The notes under the pieces were generated by a model that was not told the origin of the DNA, did no database searches, and saw nothing but the letters and a program-made list of their open reading frames with translations. Both the position numbers and the translations under genes were made by a program. From IMG/VR virus record IMGVR_UViG_3300028045_000001, positions 175,961-239,960 of that record: DNA of 64,000 bases; one strand, given 5' to 3'. Shown here piece by piece: positions 1 to 10,740 of this stretch (positions are counted from its first letter, which is position 1; every line of letters starts with the position of its first letter).

Positions 1-1
1 A

Positions 2-1645
2 GCTCCTAATACGCTTGTTAAAGCGAACACACCATTTACGGAACCACCTGGCGGTGGGGAGTTGGGTTGCAATGCAATGGTGGCAATGATGCGGTCCATA
101 TATACTTCAGAAGATGCTTTCGCTATAAGTGAATCATTTGCTAAAAGGAATCAAACTTATGGTATGTCGAAAGCATTCGTAGAAATCAACAAAAATCAAA
201 TACCCGCTAACATAATGGGCGATGAAGAAGAATATAAATTCATGCCCGATATAGGAGAGCAAGTTGGCGACGATGGGATACTGTGCGCCATAAAGACACC
301 AAAGGTAGATGTGATACTCAATGAGCTCTCCGATAATTCAACGAGGCCAGACTATCTACATGACGCATTGTACAAAGTCCCACCTGGAGCAACGATAGTT
401 AACATCGAAGTATATTGTGATCCAAAATTTAATAAAAACAAATCAAAATATTTTGATCAGTTAAGGAAATACAGAGATCAAAGTAAACGTTACTGGACGG
501 AATTAATTGAAGTATATAAAAAATTAAAATCAGATAGGGTCAAACTCTCGCCAACGCTACATGCACTGTTCGCTAGAGCTTTGTCCTTTGCTCCTATCCA
601 TACTAAGAAACAAGGTAACTTAATGGTCGAGGGTGGTGTCCAGGTCAAGTTCATTTATATTGAAGTGACCTACTCATGGATACAATCGGTACAGCGGGGA
701 TTTAAGTTCACTGGGACAGAAGGTGGGAAAGGAACTATTTGCGAGATACTGCCGGACGAATTTATGCCTACAAATGAGTACGGAGAGACAGCAGATGTTA
801 TAATCGATCCTATCACTGTTTTAAATAGAATGAATCTGGGGCAAGATTATGTAATGTTTTTAAATAGAACCTCCGATACAATAATGCGCTTTATGAACAT
901 AGGTATAGATGCAGATGATTTAAACAAGACCTCCCGCACAATTGTAAGCGACATAAATAACGGACACATCGCAGACCCGTATGAGTATATATTAAAATAT
1001 TTGACAATGGTAAACGAAAACTACGCCAATCTTATAAGAGGATTGTACGATAATGATCGGGATACTTTTGTGGGCATGTGTGTGGCGGACGGGATACATA
1101 TAAATTATCCCCCATATCTAAATACACTCACTAAGGAGCGCATTATAGAAATAGCAGATACCTTTTGTGTAAGGAACACTCCTGTCTCTTTCTGTATTAG
1201 AAAGAGGGATGGTACCATCAAACGGGTGACCACTGAGAATCCAGTACCCATGGGAAGGAAGTATATGATGGTACTATGTAAGGTGCCACATGTGAATAGT
1301 GCTGGCGTTGGGAGGGTATCTCAATTCTTGGTACCTATAAAGCCAAATTCTACGGACAAAGTATTGAAGAAAAGAACTGCAGTACGTTCAACTGCAATCA
1401 GGTTCGGTGAAGATGAGATTAGAAACTTACATATGTCCGCTGGGGTTGAAGCAACTGCAAGATTACTGTGTGTGTATGGATGTACTCCAGATGCAACATA
1501 TATGCTAATGCAAGAAATATTGAATGCAGCCAAACCGAGTCATATAAATAGGATACCAATGAAAACTTCAGAGTGTATAAAAAAGAACAGGTACATAAGT
1601 ATTCAAAAAAGCATGATGGCTATAGCTGGAATAGAGGTTGAGTAA
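2..1645 (+). CDS. rpoB: RNA polymerase beta subunit, C-terminal part (probably non-virion RNAP, phiKZ gp71-73-like); 5' truncated by window edge
   Basis: Frame is open from base 2. GFKFTGTEGGKGTICEILPDEFMP...ADVIIDPITVLNRMNLGQ matches the beta GDK-x-GRHGNKG...MP...D-x-x-x-NP-x-x-x-x-SRMN-x-GQ region, and RFGEDE matches the beta RFGEME motif. Confidence 0.9.
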   Translation, partial: APNTLVKANTPFTEPPGGGELGCNAMVAMMRSIYTSEDAFAISESFAKRNQTYGMSKAFVEINKNQIPANIMGDEEEYKFMPDIGEQVGDDGILCAIKTPKVDVILNELSDNSTRPDYLHDALYKVPPGATIVNIEVYCDPKFNKNKSKYFDQLRKYRDQSKRYWTELIEVYKKLKSDRVKLSPTLHALFARALSFAPIHTKKQGNLMVEGGVQVKFIYIEVTYSWIQSVQRGFKFTGTEGGKGTICEILPDEFMPTNEYGETADVIIDPITVLNRMNLGQDYVMFLNRTSDTIMRFMNIGIDADDLNKTSRTIVSDINNGHIADPYEYILKYLTMVNENYANLIRGLYDNDRDTFVGMCVADGIHINYPPYLNTLTKERIIEIADTFCVRNTPVSFCIRKRDGTIKRVTTENPVPMGRKYMMVLCKVPHVNSAGVGRVSQFLVPIKPNSTDKVLKKRTAVRSTAIRFGEDEIRNLHMSAGVEATARLLCVYGCTPDATYMLMQEILNAAKPSHINRIPMKTSECIKKNRYISIQKSMMAIAGIEVE

Positions 1646-1648
1646 TAG

Positions 1649-1684
1649 CATAAGTAGTTGAGGGAAGTCCCTCAACTACTTATG
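1649..1684. terminator. Perfect inverted repeat, 17-bp stem, 2-nt loop
   Basis: cataagtagttgaggga-ag-tccctcaactacttatg directly after the beta gene stop; terminator role is inferred. Confidence 0.65.
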
Positions 1685-1750
1685 TAACACGTGAATAGAA
1701 TTCGGCAATATGCCGTCCGGTACACTAACAATAAATTTCAATCACACTTT

Positions 1751-1763
1751 ATTTATATGTTAC
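1751..1763 (+). promoter_or_regulatory. Candidate early-type promoter variant (ATTTATATGTTAC)
   Basis: One mismatch to the ATTTATATATTAC motif found at 9606, 11101 and 49392; lies upstream of the beta' C-terminal gene. Confidence 0.4.
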
Positions 1764-1781
1764 ATGTATGGAATCTTGACT

Positions 1782-3923
1782 ATGGACATAACTAACGGGG
1801 TACACATGAAGATAACTTTAAAGAACATATCAAATCCGGATTTTGTGGATGAGCAATTAGAAAATGAACCAAGGGGAATGGCCACAATGGAACTAACTGA
1901 TGGCTCATTTGAGGTCCCTATTCGACGGGCATTATTGACAGCGCATCTAATGAAGCCGATGATCGGTAGAGTCCCTATAACAAGTGAATTTATTTATACT
2001 GAGGAAAAATTTAACACAAAGGGGATAACGAAATTATATAATAGAATAGCCGACGCATGGTCAGTTCGTTCACCAAGAAAATCCAAGGTGGAGAAGGAGC
2101 TGAGAGCGTTTCAAATAGATATTGCAATGAACATTGATGGACTCAACAACCTTGCACTTGAACATATGCAAGGGTACCAAGACTCATTTGACCTAGTGGA
2201 CATCTGCAGAATGATGGAACAGAAGCCGTTAAAAGAGCTGTGTGACAATTTAAAATTAGATAACAACGAGGGTACAAAAGTAGCAGAAAAGAAAATAGCA
2301 ATGGCTGGAAAAGAGCTCGGTCGTATACTTCGCGCAGGAACAGATGTGATCGATTTTAATCCACTGTATCCACACATAGAATATATTAATATGAATCAAT
2401 TAATACAAATATTAATATCATATGGTCCGAGGTCAGATATCGATGATAGTATGCTATCGCATGTTGTAAAAGGAAATGCATTGGACGGCCTAATGGATTT
2501 TGATGATTTCTATACCGAGGCACACTCAGCTAAAAAGTCAGCATGGGTATCTAAAGGAGCTATAAAGGAGGCACAGTATAATTCAAGAAAAGTTCAGTTG
2601 GCTTGTTTTGAATTAATACATATGGTAGCTGGAGATTGTAACACTACTGTCACAATCCAAATGATAATAGCGCCAGAAATAAAGCATAACTTTATAGGTA
2701 AGTTTGTAGATACTGGCGATAGCGGCCGAGGCATCCTATTGACAGAGGACAATATAGATGATTTTTTAAATAAGCCGATTAAGCTATACTCAGCATTCGG
2801 CTGTAAAGTAAAAAATGGAGTATGCGAGCACTGCTTCGGCAAAGCCGGTCAGGCTATTCAAAAAGCTATACATATTGGCATCCTATGCGCGAGCATAGTG
2901 CTTTCCGCTATAACTCAGAAAATACTATCAGCCAAGCATCTTGTGCGAACCGCATCTCAAATGTACAAACTTCCAAATGAATTGAAGTCTTTATTTATAA
3001 CCAATTACTCCAAGGAACAAGGAACCTATAAGTATACTGACGAAGAATTAAAAGAACAGATAACTGCATTCGCAAAAGTCGAGGGATCAGACGATGAGGA
3101 TGAGGACGGTATCGATGAGTTGGTCCGTGGTGAGATGGACGTAGACACCTATCGCTCTCTTATAGAGAACGAGGTGATCAATGACACTGAAGTATTTTGG
3201 AGGCCAGCACACGAGCGGTATCTACAAAGTGGACTAAAATTAATAATCCCTTTGGATGTGTTTAATGGAGTATTGTCCGACATCGCTTTGGATCCTGTGG
3301 CTAAATCATTCACAACTATACGAGAACTCGCTATACACAACGATTCCATGCGCTCCCCACTTCCACTAAAATTTATAGGCGACGACAAAGATAACTCAGT
3401 ATATTTTTCAAAGTATACATTGGAGTTTATACACGATAGGGTAACAAGAGAATTGGTTACCATACCTAATAATAAAGTCATCCATGTTCCTTTGGCTGGA
3501 TTCGATATAACAAAAGCATTCGTTATAAGTCCTACCATAAATATCGATGTTGTAAAATTTGTAGCACATGTTAATAGTTTCTTACAGTCTAAGCTTCCAA
3601 AATACACATCAGCGACAGAAGGGCTAACTGATTTCTTAAATCTAGTATACAGGGAATCCACAGTTCCTGTGTCTCATGTTGAGGTAGTGTTAAAAGCATT
3701 TACTATTACAAGCAGTGAGGATAAACGGATACCGGTAATAACGGATCCAAACAATATGGTGTTTGCTAACACAAATGATACCATTTCAAGAACTGCATCT
3801 GGGAAGATGTCATATGAGGATCTAAATAGATACTATGCACGTCCGGATACATATTTAGCTGAACCTGCAGTGGGCCTAGTGGATCCATTGTTCGGCTCAA
3901 TTGAACGCATTGTGGATAAATAA
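1782..3923 (+). CDS. rpoC: RNA polymerase beta' subunit, C-terminal part (probably non-virion RNAP, phiKZ gp74-like)
   Basis: GDCNT...CKVKNGVCEHCFG Zn-binding motif and trigger-loop-like ITQKILSAKH. No NADFDGD motif, consistent with a split beta'. Start more likely ATG 1782 or 1806 than 1710. Confidence 0.8.
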   Translation: MDITNGVHMKITLKNISNPDFVDEQLENEPRGMATMELTDGSFEVPIRRALLTAHLMKPMIGRVPITSEFIYTEEKFNTKGITKLYNRIADAWSVRSPRKSKVEKELRAFQIDIAMNIDGLNNLALEHMQGYQDSFDLVDICRMMEQKPLKELCDNLKLDNNEGTKVAEKKIAMAGKELGRILRAGTDVIDFNPLYPHIEYINMNQLIQILISYGPRSDIDDSMLSHVVKGNALDGLMDFDDFYTEAHSAKKSAWVSKGAIKEAQYNSRKVQLACFELIHMVAGDCNTTVTIQMIIAPEIKHNFIGKFVDTGDSGRGILLTEDNIDDFLNKPIKLYSAFGCKVKNGVCEHCFGKAGQAIQKAIHIGILCASIVLSAITQKILSAKHLVRTASQMYKLPNELKSLFITNYSKEQGTYKYTDEELKEQITAFAKVEGSDDEDEDGIDELVRGEMDVDTYRSLIENEVINDTEVFWRPAHERYLQSGLKLIIPLDVFNGVLSDIALDPVAKSFTTIRELAIHNDSMRSPLPLKFIGDDKDNSVYFSKYTLEFIHDRVTRELVTIPNNKVIHVPLAGFDITKAFVISPTINIDVVKFVAHVNSFLQSKLPKYTSATEGLTDFLNLVYRESTVPVSHVEVVLKAFTITSSEDKRIPVITDPNNMVFANTNDTISRTASGKMSYEDLNRYYARPDTYLAEPAVGLVDPLFGSIERIVDK

Positions 3924-3930
3924 GTAAGTT

Positions 3931-3960
3931 TGCTGGTAGGGGCACTGTCCCCTATCAACA
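3931..3960 (+). terminator. Imperfect stem-loop
   Basis: tgctggtagggg-cactgt-cccctatcaaca, with one G-U pair and one mismatch, after the beta' stop. Confidence 0.4.
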
Positions 3961-4028
3961 TCATTTATATTGGGCCTATCGAGTATTGGTAGGAAAGCAC
4001 ATATTCTTTTTAAATAAGAAGGTAACGT

Positions 4029-5540
4029 ATGTATAACAATAGTGATTATAAATTGTCGTTATTAAAACACTCCACGTATTTCACTATAGACTTTAATAAC
4101 GCACTTAGAGATAGACACCTTCGAATAAATAATATAATTAGGAGCTTTTTAAAGCAGGAACTAACGGCTCTAAAGTATCATGCAAGGTATAGGAGATGGA
4201 TACCTCAGTATATGTATTATTTAGTGACCTCAGATTGGTACAGGCTACCTATAGCTTACTTTCCAAAGCTTTGTAGAGCTTTGGACTCCAACCAGATAAA
4301 ATACGTTGCAACAGAAATGGCTCCAGTTGAACATAGTACAATGGGAGCATTGCCCGATTTGAGGTGGAGTCCCAGAGAGATACAACTTGTCCCGTTAGAT
4401 TTTTTAAGCGAGGGTAGTCGGCCGCAATCAGCGCTGTCCTTGGCTACAGGGAATGGTAAAACTTTTACAGCTATAAGAAGCGCATTGAACTTAAATCAGA
4501 CTACATTGATTCTTTGTACTGGATTAATAGAAGTTTGGTATAATTCAATACTGGCACAGACTAACTGTTCGAAAGATGATGTTTGGATCATGCAGGGATA
4601 TGCCACAGTGCATAGTTTAAATAGTATGGTAGACAATGGATACAAACCGAAATTCGTTATAGCCTCCATACCTACAGTGTATAACTTTATTCTAAGAAAA
4701 AACAAATATGAGTACATCGATTATACTTTTTCCGAGTTAGTAGAAAAGATAGGGTTCGGTACAAAAATAATCGACGAGTGTCATCAGCGATTAAGTCAAC
4801 TAGTGACGATTGATCTTGTCGCCAATATTAAAAATAACATTTATTTATCCGCAACCTATCTCGCCACAAATAAGATCATAAGTAGGATATTTAATACTAT
4901 CTTTAACAAAGCTATTAAACTTGTCGGAGCTGAGGGGATCAGACATTGCAATATAGAAAGATACACTTATCATGTTCTAGTGTCCGAGAGGAAATGTAAA
5001 ACTTCCCAGGGATATAATCATGCTAAGTATGAGCAATATATTCTCAAACGAAAAACTCTATGGGCGGCATTTGAGGAGTCCGTGTTACGTCCAATAGTAA
5101 TATCGAGATTCATCAGGGATAGGAGATCTTTCCATAGAGGATTAATATTTTGTAGTACCTTTGACATGGCGGACAGGATCATCGAATCTATAAGGAAAGC
5201 TTTTCCAGAGATTCGTGTAGCGAGATACTTTTCATCCAAGGGGGATAAGATAGATGATACGCTATATAACAAAGCTGTGGATCTATGTGTCACAACACCT
5301 GGATCATCTGGTACCGGGAAAGATATTCCCGATCTATGGTTCATATTGAACACTATTTCATTTTCTTCCGAACTAATGGCTATACAAATGATAGGTCGAC
5401 TGCGGCCATTGGATGGATTTGAAACTAGATTTATTGACATATCAAATGATTTTGTCGAATCCCACAAGAGGCATCTAAGAGATAGGAATTCCATATGGAA
5501 TTATCTTGGATTATCCTGTGTAGATTACAACATACCATAA
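4029..5540 (+). CDS. Superfamily 2 DExH helicase
   Basis: Walker A ATGNGKT, motif II IIDECHQ, motif V-like GTGKDIPDL, motif VI QMIGRLR. Follows the nvRNAP genes as phiKZ gp75 does. Confidence 0.9.
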   Translation: MYNNSDYKLSLLKHSTYFTIDFNNALRDRHLRINNIIRSFLKQELTALKYHARYRRWIPQYMYYLVTSDWYRLPIAYFPKLCRALDSNQIKYVATEMAPVEHSTMGALPDLRWSPREIQLVPLDFLSEGSRPQSALSLATGNGKTFTAIRSALNLNQTTLILCTGLIEVWYNSILAQTNCSKDDVWIMQGYATVHSLNSMVDNGYKPKFVIASIPTVYNFILRKNKYEYIDYTFSELVEKIGFGTKIIDECHQRLSQLVTIDLVANIKNNIYLSATYLATNKIISRIFNTIFNKAIKLVGAEGIRHCNIERYTYHVLVSERKCKTSQGYNHAKYEQYILKRKTLWAAFEESVLRPIVISRFIRDRRSFHRGLIFCSTFDMADRIIESIRKAFPEIRVARYFSSKGDKIDDTLYNKAVDLCVTTPGSSGTGKDIPDLWFILNTISFSSELMAIQMIGRLRPLDGFETRFIDISNDFVESHKRHLRDRNSIWNYLGLSCVDYNIP

Positions 5541-5548
5541 TGTAATAC

Positions 5549-5578
5549 TTGGTATGGCATCCATGGATGCCATACCAA
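5549..5578. repeat. Perfect 30-bp palindrome, no spacer
   Basis: ttggtatggcatcca|tggatgccataccaa. Confidence 0.9.
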
Positions 5579-5594
5579 TATTATATACACAACT
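5578..5594 (+). promoter_or_regulatory. Candidate late promoter motif TTATATA-N(0-3)-AACT
   Basis: ATATTATATACACAACT; the same motif recurs upstream of other structural genes. Confidence 0.4.
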
Positions 5595-5631
5595 TAATTT
5601 TTTCAAATAATTGTCACTAAAGGAGTTTCCT

Positions 5632-6990
5632 ATGTCTAAGGAAATCATATGTGGGTATATCGTCGATGAGGCTATGTTCAAGGAACGCAATTTATTGCCG
5701 GGTACGCCTGATCAAACATCGCCAGGTATCCTCAACACTAATATCCATTCATTTTTTGCGGACCCAGTTATAACGACTGCCTTACACAGCGATAGGTATA
5801 CGAATCTTCCTGACTATGAGACAGGAAAAGGCGACATGGGAATAATATTTGATACACCTTATTCTCCCCTATTTGCCAATAAGGTCGATAATAATCCAAG
5901 ATCTTCCGACATCATAAATATTTTTAATATCGTCGAATATTTATTACGGTCTAATTGTTTAACCACATCTAAACAAGCAGAGCTTGAAGAATACCTTGTG
6001 ACAAATACAGGCAACATATTTACTGGATATGTTCAAAATACAATGTCTGTAAGTAAGACGCACATAGAAGGGGAATGGAATAGTGTACAGTCAGGCCCTG
6101 GGAAGTTCGATTTCGAAACGAGCATAACATTTGAATTTAATGATGGGACAAACACCTATGTGTTTAAGTTATATGTCGATCCGGAAACATTTGTAAACGA
6201 ATATTTATACAGTACTATCGGTCAGGTAATCCCGCCGTGCGATCCAATCAATATCATAAATACAAATTTTCAAAGTAACTTGGATGCCATTATTGTCTCC
6301 AGTACCTACATTAACAAACAAATAAAACTTGCATCTGTTAATAAAAACTATACCAGCAACGTTGTCTTTAAAACGGATTATAATAAAGATGCCGCAACCA
6401 ACCCTGGGTTTCCATTTGGTATTCTGTACCATGGAAAAGAGCCGACGGTTGCCCAACAAAGGGGAGCTATACGAACATTCCTAACGGACACCGGAATAGT
6501 GACTGATGAGGAATGGTTAGCCATATTCCCAGAGATCTATACGGATAACCGATATCTGATCATCCCTGCTTGGGACAACGTATATGCGCTACCTGGGTTC
6601 GACCTTTTAAAGTGCTCAATACATTCAAGTAAGACATCATCGCTCAAGTCGTTACTTCCAGAAATAGATCCTATTTTAATAGATACCTATACAGATATTC
6701 TTGTAGAGCCAAATGGGTCGCTATTTTTATTTGCTATTCCCGATGGGTCGGTGAGTGCACATATCTCTGACTTACATCCAACATACCAAAGTTGCGATGC
6801 AACCGGGACCATGTATGCATTCCAAACAGAAGAGACAAAGAATTTCAATGAACGACTGTCTGCATGCTTAGCACAACTAAAGGGGACGTATAACACTTAT
6901 GTGTTCAATGATACCGAATTCTATGGCATAGAGTTTAAAACATTTTATGTGAACACTGTAGAATATTGTGTGATGAAGAAACCAGACTAA
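5632..6990 (+). CDS. Putative virion structural protein
   Basis: About 452 aa, RBS AAGGAG before ATG 5632; first gene of a three-gene structural-looking cluster; function inferred from context. Confidence 0.5.
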   Translation: MSKEIICGYIVDEAMFKERNLLPGTPDQTSPGILNTNIHSFFADPVITTALHSDRYTNLPDYETGKGDMGIIFDTPYSPLFANKVDNNPRSSDIINIFNIVEYLLRSNCLTTSKQAELEEYLVTNTGNIFTGYVQNTMSVSKTHIEGEWNSVQSGPGKFDFETSITFEFNDGTNTYVFKLYVDPETFVNEYLYSTIGQVIPPCDPINIINTNFQSNLDAIIVSSTYINKQIKLASVNKNYTSNVVFKTDYNKDAATNPGFPFGILYHGKEPTVAQQRGAIRTFLTDTGIVTDEEWLAIFPEIYTDNRYLIIPAWDNVYALPGFDLLKCSIHSSKTSSLKSLLPEIDPILIDTYTDILVEPNGSLFLFAIPDGSVSAHISDLHPTYQSCDATGTMYAFQTEETKNFNERLSACLAQLKGTYNTYVFNDTEFYGIEFKTFYVNTVEYCVMKKPD

Positions 6991-7010
6991 TCAAATAAAA
7001 AGAGGTCGAT

Positions 7011-7616
7011 ATGTTAGTACCTGGAAGCACATATAAGTTTGAATTTGTTCCGGTATTAGCTGGCATAAATGGCATATATGAAGTTACATCTATAGTTTCG
7101 TATAATCAGTATGTCTTAGATGGGGGAGATACGCTAAAAGATCTATTTGAAACAAACAGTTTAACGGAGGCAGAATATGCAACACACGCTGAAGAAATTG
7201 TTGGTTCAAAAGTAGCATATCTGTTATCTAAGACCACTGTCCAGCCAGCCATTCCGGTACCACTGTGTCTATTTCCAAAACATCCAGACACTAATCTGAA
7301 ACCGTATGGAAGATTAATTGTAACCTTAGATCTTGGGATATTTGGAGACCAGACAAGACTTGAGGCATTGATGAGTGCAATGAAGGATATAGCGCTCACA
7401 TCTGTTGGAATTGATAATGATCCAGTGTTGATGAATATAGACACCAAATGGTTAACCGATGCTGAGTATGCTGCCATAAGACAAACCCGCGAAGATCTAA
7501 TAACAAATGAGGTCACGTATTATAGTGAATTCAAACGAGTACAGGAAGCACTGAATAGAGCCAATGATAAAATATCAGCTTACGAGGCAGGACTCATCGC
7601 ACTACAAAATCCATAA
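7011..7616 (+). CDS. Putative virion structural protein with C-terminal coiled coil
   Basis: 201 aa, RBS GAGG; C-terminal EFKRVQEALNRANDKISAYE helix; context in the cluster. Confidence 0.45.
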   Translation: MLVPGSTYKFEFVPVLAGINGIYEVTSIVSYNQYVLDGGDTLKDLFETNSLTEAEYATHAEEIVGSKVAYLLSKTTVQPAIPVPLCLFPKHPDTNLKPYGRLIVTLDLGIFGDQTRLEALMSAMKDIALTSVGIDNDPVLMNIDTKWLTDAEYAAIRQTREDLITNEVTYYSEFKRVQEALNRANDKISAYEAGLIALQNP

Positions 7617-7635
7617 TTTATTAGGAGAATAGTAA

Positions 7636-9528
7636 ATGATAGAAATTGATCCAACTGGAGAGAATCCTGAATTTTTCGTAGCTGATAAAAGATTCATGGT
7701 CCACCAGCCAGCACAAATAATAGACCTTGGTGGGATCTACTTCGAGAAAGGGTTTACGCTATATCAAGTAGAGAATGCATTAAAGATCGAACTCATTGAA
7801 GATCAGGACTACCGAATAACCGATTCTGATTTAGCCGAACAAGCTTTGGGTAAGCTATTGTTGACCTACGATGATTTCAATGAGGTTATAATCAAATCGA
7901 TCACAATTTTAAAGCCATCCAATGTTAGGTACATGGTGTCCTGGGCAGGGAATGTGCTTAACAAAACATCAATCAGTGACCCCATAACCTTAACCGATGA
8001 ACTTATGGATATTCTTATATCGCAAGAATCTGACATCGATGATATCAAGAAGTCTATGATAAGCAATATCGGTGGAGTAGATCCATACACTTCGCCCTAT
8101 ATGTTAGAGAACGATATACACGGCGCTAATCCAGATAATCTTATTACCGGCGAAGTGCATAAAGTTGACGGGACAAAGGCGTACAATCAACTCATCTCTC
8201 CTGCCGCTGGACCATTCTTTGGGGATACATTAGAAGTTATAATGGTAGCAACTGGACAGCCAGTACTGCCATCAGAGTATAGTCCGATCTCCATCGATCT
8301 TGAACTGTCAGGTGAAAGTAATTATAAGGCACCTATATTCAAGTATATCTTTTTCAAGAACACTATCGTTGGCGATGTTGCTATAAACTACCATGCCGTT
8401 GGTGGGAGAGTAACTGTAGAAAACATGCGTTCGCTGGATCTTGAATTCAGGAACCTAACTTCATTTATGGGTGGAGGCAATATCATAACCTCCAATAATT
8501 TAAACAAGGCACCTACCTTTTTATCGTTAATTGAACGACTGGTTAAGATGGAGGATACTGTGAGAAGATTATTAGTTCAAAATTTGGCTGATTACTCAGA
8601 CGTTAGCGATGGCCAATCAATATTACTTCAAGTAACATCTCCTGATGCAGACATGCATTGGTATGACATAGCAACTTTATATAAAGTTTCTGGATCAGAT
8701 GATATAACTGAAGTTGATCAGTGTGTACTTAAGATTGGAACTGGCCAATCTAGAATGATATGCACCACTGTCATCACAACTAACTTACATGCGCAGAAGG
8801 GCAACCAGTTTTCTTTATCTGTACACGATGCATCTGTCCCGCAAAAATATAAAGATTTTGTGGACTATGTTTCAGTCGATGATCGCGTTATACCAATGTT
8901 CAGGATTGTATGGTCTAAGGATCCAAGTGACGGCATTGGCTCTGGCGTCGTGCTGCAGATGGGACTGAGATTAAAATTGTTTTCTTCAGAACAAATTGCC
9001 GTTGAGAGTATGTCCGGGGTTGAGTCCTGCTGGAAGCTGCTCCCACAACCAGCTGTGGCCATGGGGCCAAATGATGACCTTATCCAACTTCCGGACGGAA
9101 GAGTATGGGCATCGGGAGATTCAGTAGGCGCAATGCCAACATGCTTTGTTGAAGCGCTTCCTTTGCCCTTGCCAAATGGTATACTTGGATACGGTGGTGG
9201 GATACCTGCAGCTACACTTGTTGGTTGGACTATCATAGCCAACATCATGCCTCCGGAAGTGGACCTTTCAAAAACAAAGAAGGTCCGGATAGATATAACG
9301 GACAGCATCACTTCAGAGGTATCTTCATCAACCATAGAGTTCGCCAGGAATCAAAGTGTCCTTATGGGATCTGGTAATATAACAGGGGATACAACTGGTA
9401 GGCAAGTATTGATTAAGATCGATAATTCGCTTCCTCCAGAATCTCGTGTGGCTATAAGAGTTGATGTAGCGGCAGAAGATAATATTGCGGATAAATTTTT
9501 AGTAAATCAAATATTGTTTTATTTTTAA
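7636..9528 (+). CDS. Putative baseplate/virion structural protein
   Basis: 630 aa with two copies of a D-x-(T/H)-G-x-NP-x-(F/N) motif (IEIDPTGENPEFFV; LENDIHGANPDNLITGEVH...PAAGPFF), which resembles phiKZ-family virion proteins as recalled, not searched. Confidence 0.5.
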   Translation: MIEIDPTGENPEFFVADKRFMVHQPAQIIDLGGIYFEKGFTLYQVENALKIELIEDQDYRITDSDLAEQALGKLLLTYDDFNEVIIKSITILKPSNVRYMVSWAGNVLNKTSISDPITLTDELMDILISQESDIDDIKKSMISNIGGVDPYTSPYMLENDIHGANPDNLITGEVHKVDGTKAYNQLISPAAGPFFGDTLEVIMVATGQPVLPSEYSPISIDLELSGESNYKAPIFKYIFFKNTIVGDVAINYHAVGGRVTVENMRSLDLEFRNLTSFMGGGNIITSNNLNKAPTFLSLIERLVKMEDTVRRLLVQNLADYSDVSDGQSILLQVTSPDADMHWYDIATLYKVSGSDDITEVDQCVLKIGTGQSRMICTTVITTNLHAQKGNQFSLSVHDASVPQKYKDFVDYVSVDDRVIPMFRIVWSKDPSDGIGSGVVLQMGLRLKLFSSEQIAVESMSGVESCWKLLPQPAVAMGPNDDLIQLPDGRVWASGDSVGAMPTCFVEALPLPLPNGILGYGGGIPAATLVGWTIIANIMPPEVDLSKTKKVRIDITDSITSEVSSSTIEFARNQSVLMGSGNITGDTTGRQVLIKIDNSLPPESRVAIRVDVAAEDNIADKFLVNQILFYF

Positions 9529-9536
9529 TGTTTAAT

Positions 9537-9572
9537 TATAACAGCAGGTGGGAAATCCCACCTGCTGTTATA
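9537..9572. terminator. Perfect inverted repeat, 17-bp stem, 2-nt loop
   Basis: tataacagcaggtggga-aa-tcccacctgctgttata. Confidence 0.65.
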
Positions 9573-9605
9573 TGTATGTAATAAAAACATTTTCATCCCC
9601 TTTTT

Positions 9606-9618
9606 ATTTATATATTAC
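9606..9618 (+). promoter_or_regulatory. Candidate early promoter ATTTATATATTAC
   Basis: Identical 13-mer at 11101 and 49392; contains TATATTAC, the published phiKZ early promoter consensus. Confidence 0.6.
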
Positions 9619-9674
9619 AGTAATGATATTAGAAATTACATTTTAAACAACTGTTCAAATGGAGAAAACTATTT

Positions 9675-9755
9675 ATGGAGATTACAACTGAACTACACGA
9701 CTATGTAAATGAATCACTTAGTCATATTGGAAAAGGGAAATTCATACAAGGTTAA
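9675..9755 (+). CDS. Possible 26-aa small ORF (MEITTELHDYVNESLSHIGKGKFIQG)
   Basis: GGAG at 9661, ATG at 9675, TAA ending at 9755; below the ORF-track cutoff. Confidence 0.3.
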   Translation: MEITTELHDYVNESLSHIGKGKFIQG

Positions 9756-9811
9756 AATAACTTCAAGTGTCACATTGAATTTACTATTAGTAACGAGGAG
9801 GTGCTTTAAGA

Positions 9812-10273
9812 ATGGATGCAATGGTGAATACTGTAAAAGAACTTTTGAAGGAGGCATTTGGCGACGATGTAAAATATAGCTTGCTGGTTATTGAGTCGGC
9901 GACTAAAAGAAAACTATCTGTAATTTCCAATTTATCCTCTACTTTTGAACTATCGACATTTAAAGGATTGATAAAGTTTATAGAAAGTAATACAGATGCA
10001 TGGGTAGACCATGTCAAATATATTAGAGGGATTGTAGCTCGCCCGGATACCGAGGACGCCATAGTCATGGGTCTATTAAAAACTGTGTTTAAAGGCAATA
10101 GCATTATATTAAATATATCGTCTTCGAAAAGTCCAAGCCGGACCATGTCTTATATGATCCCCGCACACACCGGGACCACAGTCCCACTGGAGGCAATATA
10201 CATTAGGGTACATGACCTAGAAGTAAGAGAGGCCGTTAGAAAAATAGAGAGCGGATCTGTCCCCATACATTAA
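9812..10273 (+). CDS. Hypothetical protein
   Basis: 153-aa ORF with GAGGAGG RBS. Confidence 0.6.
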   Translation: MDAMVNTVKELLKEAFGDDVKYSLLVIESATKRKLSVISNLSSTFELSTFKGLIKFIESNTDAWVDHVKYIRGIVARPDTEDAIVMGLLKTVFKGNSIILNISSSKSPSRTMSYMIPAHTGTTVPLEAIYIRVHDLEVREAVRKIESGSVPIH

Positions 10274-10289
10274 AAAAGGAGAATTCGAT

Positions 10290-10727
10290 ATGCAAGTGGT
10301 AGTGATAACTGGCGAAATAAAAGAACGAATAGAAAAAGCTATAGAACTCGCATCTAACAACCCAAGAACAGTAGACGCTCTAACCAAGCTGATGGAATCA
10401 ACTGATGAGTTGCCAGATGATTTTCATGCAGAGTACACCGTACTTATACCAATGGGTATCTCGGTTACATATACCCACGATGAAGCGATGGAAGGGTTGA
10501 TGTGTAGACATATTTCAATTTGTGGTAACGTAAAAGAAAAAGTAGTTGATCCCCATACTGTAAAAATGATAATGGAGGAGTATGGATTCATCAATACCCA
10601 TGTAAACGACCCAGAGCACGAAAAACGCCCGATAGTTCGCTTGGAGTATAATGACTCTGGAGCTGGGATCATCCATGCCCTCGAACCATTAGATGGAGAT
10701 ATGAGTAAACTGCGAAAACAGGCGTAG
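10290..10727 (+). CDS. Hypothetical protein
   Basis: 145-aa ORF with AAGGAG RBS. Confidence 0.65.
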   Translation: MQVVVITGEIKERIEKAIELASNNPRTVDALTKLMESTDELPDDFHAEYTVLIPMGISVTYTHDEAMEGLMCRHISICGNVKEKVVDPHTVKMIMEEYGFINTHVNDPEHEKRPIVRLEYNDSGAGIIHALEPLDGDMSKLRKQA

Positions 10728-10740
10728 TATACATAGTCCA

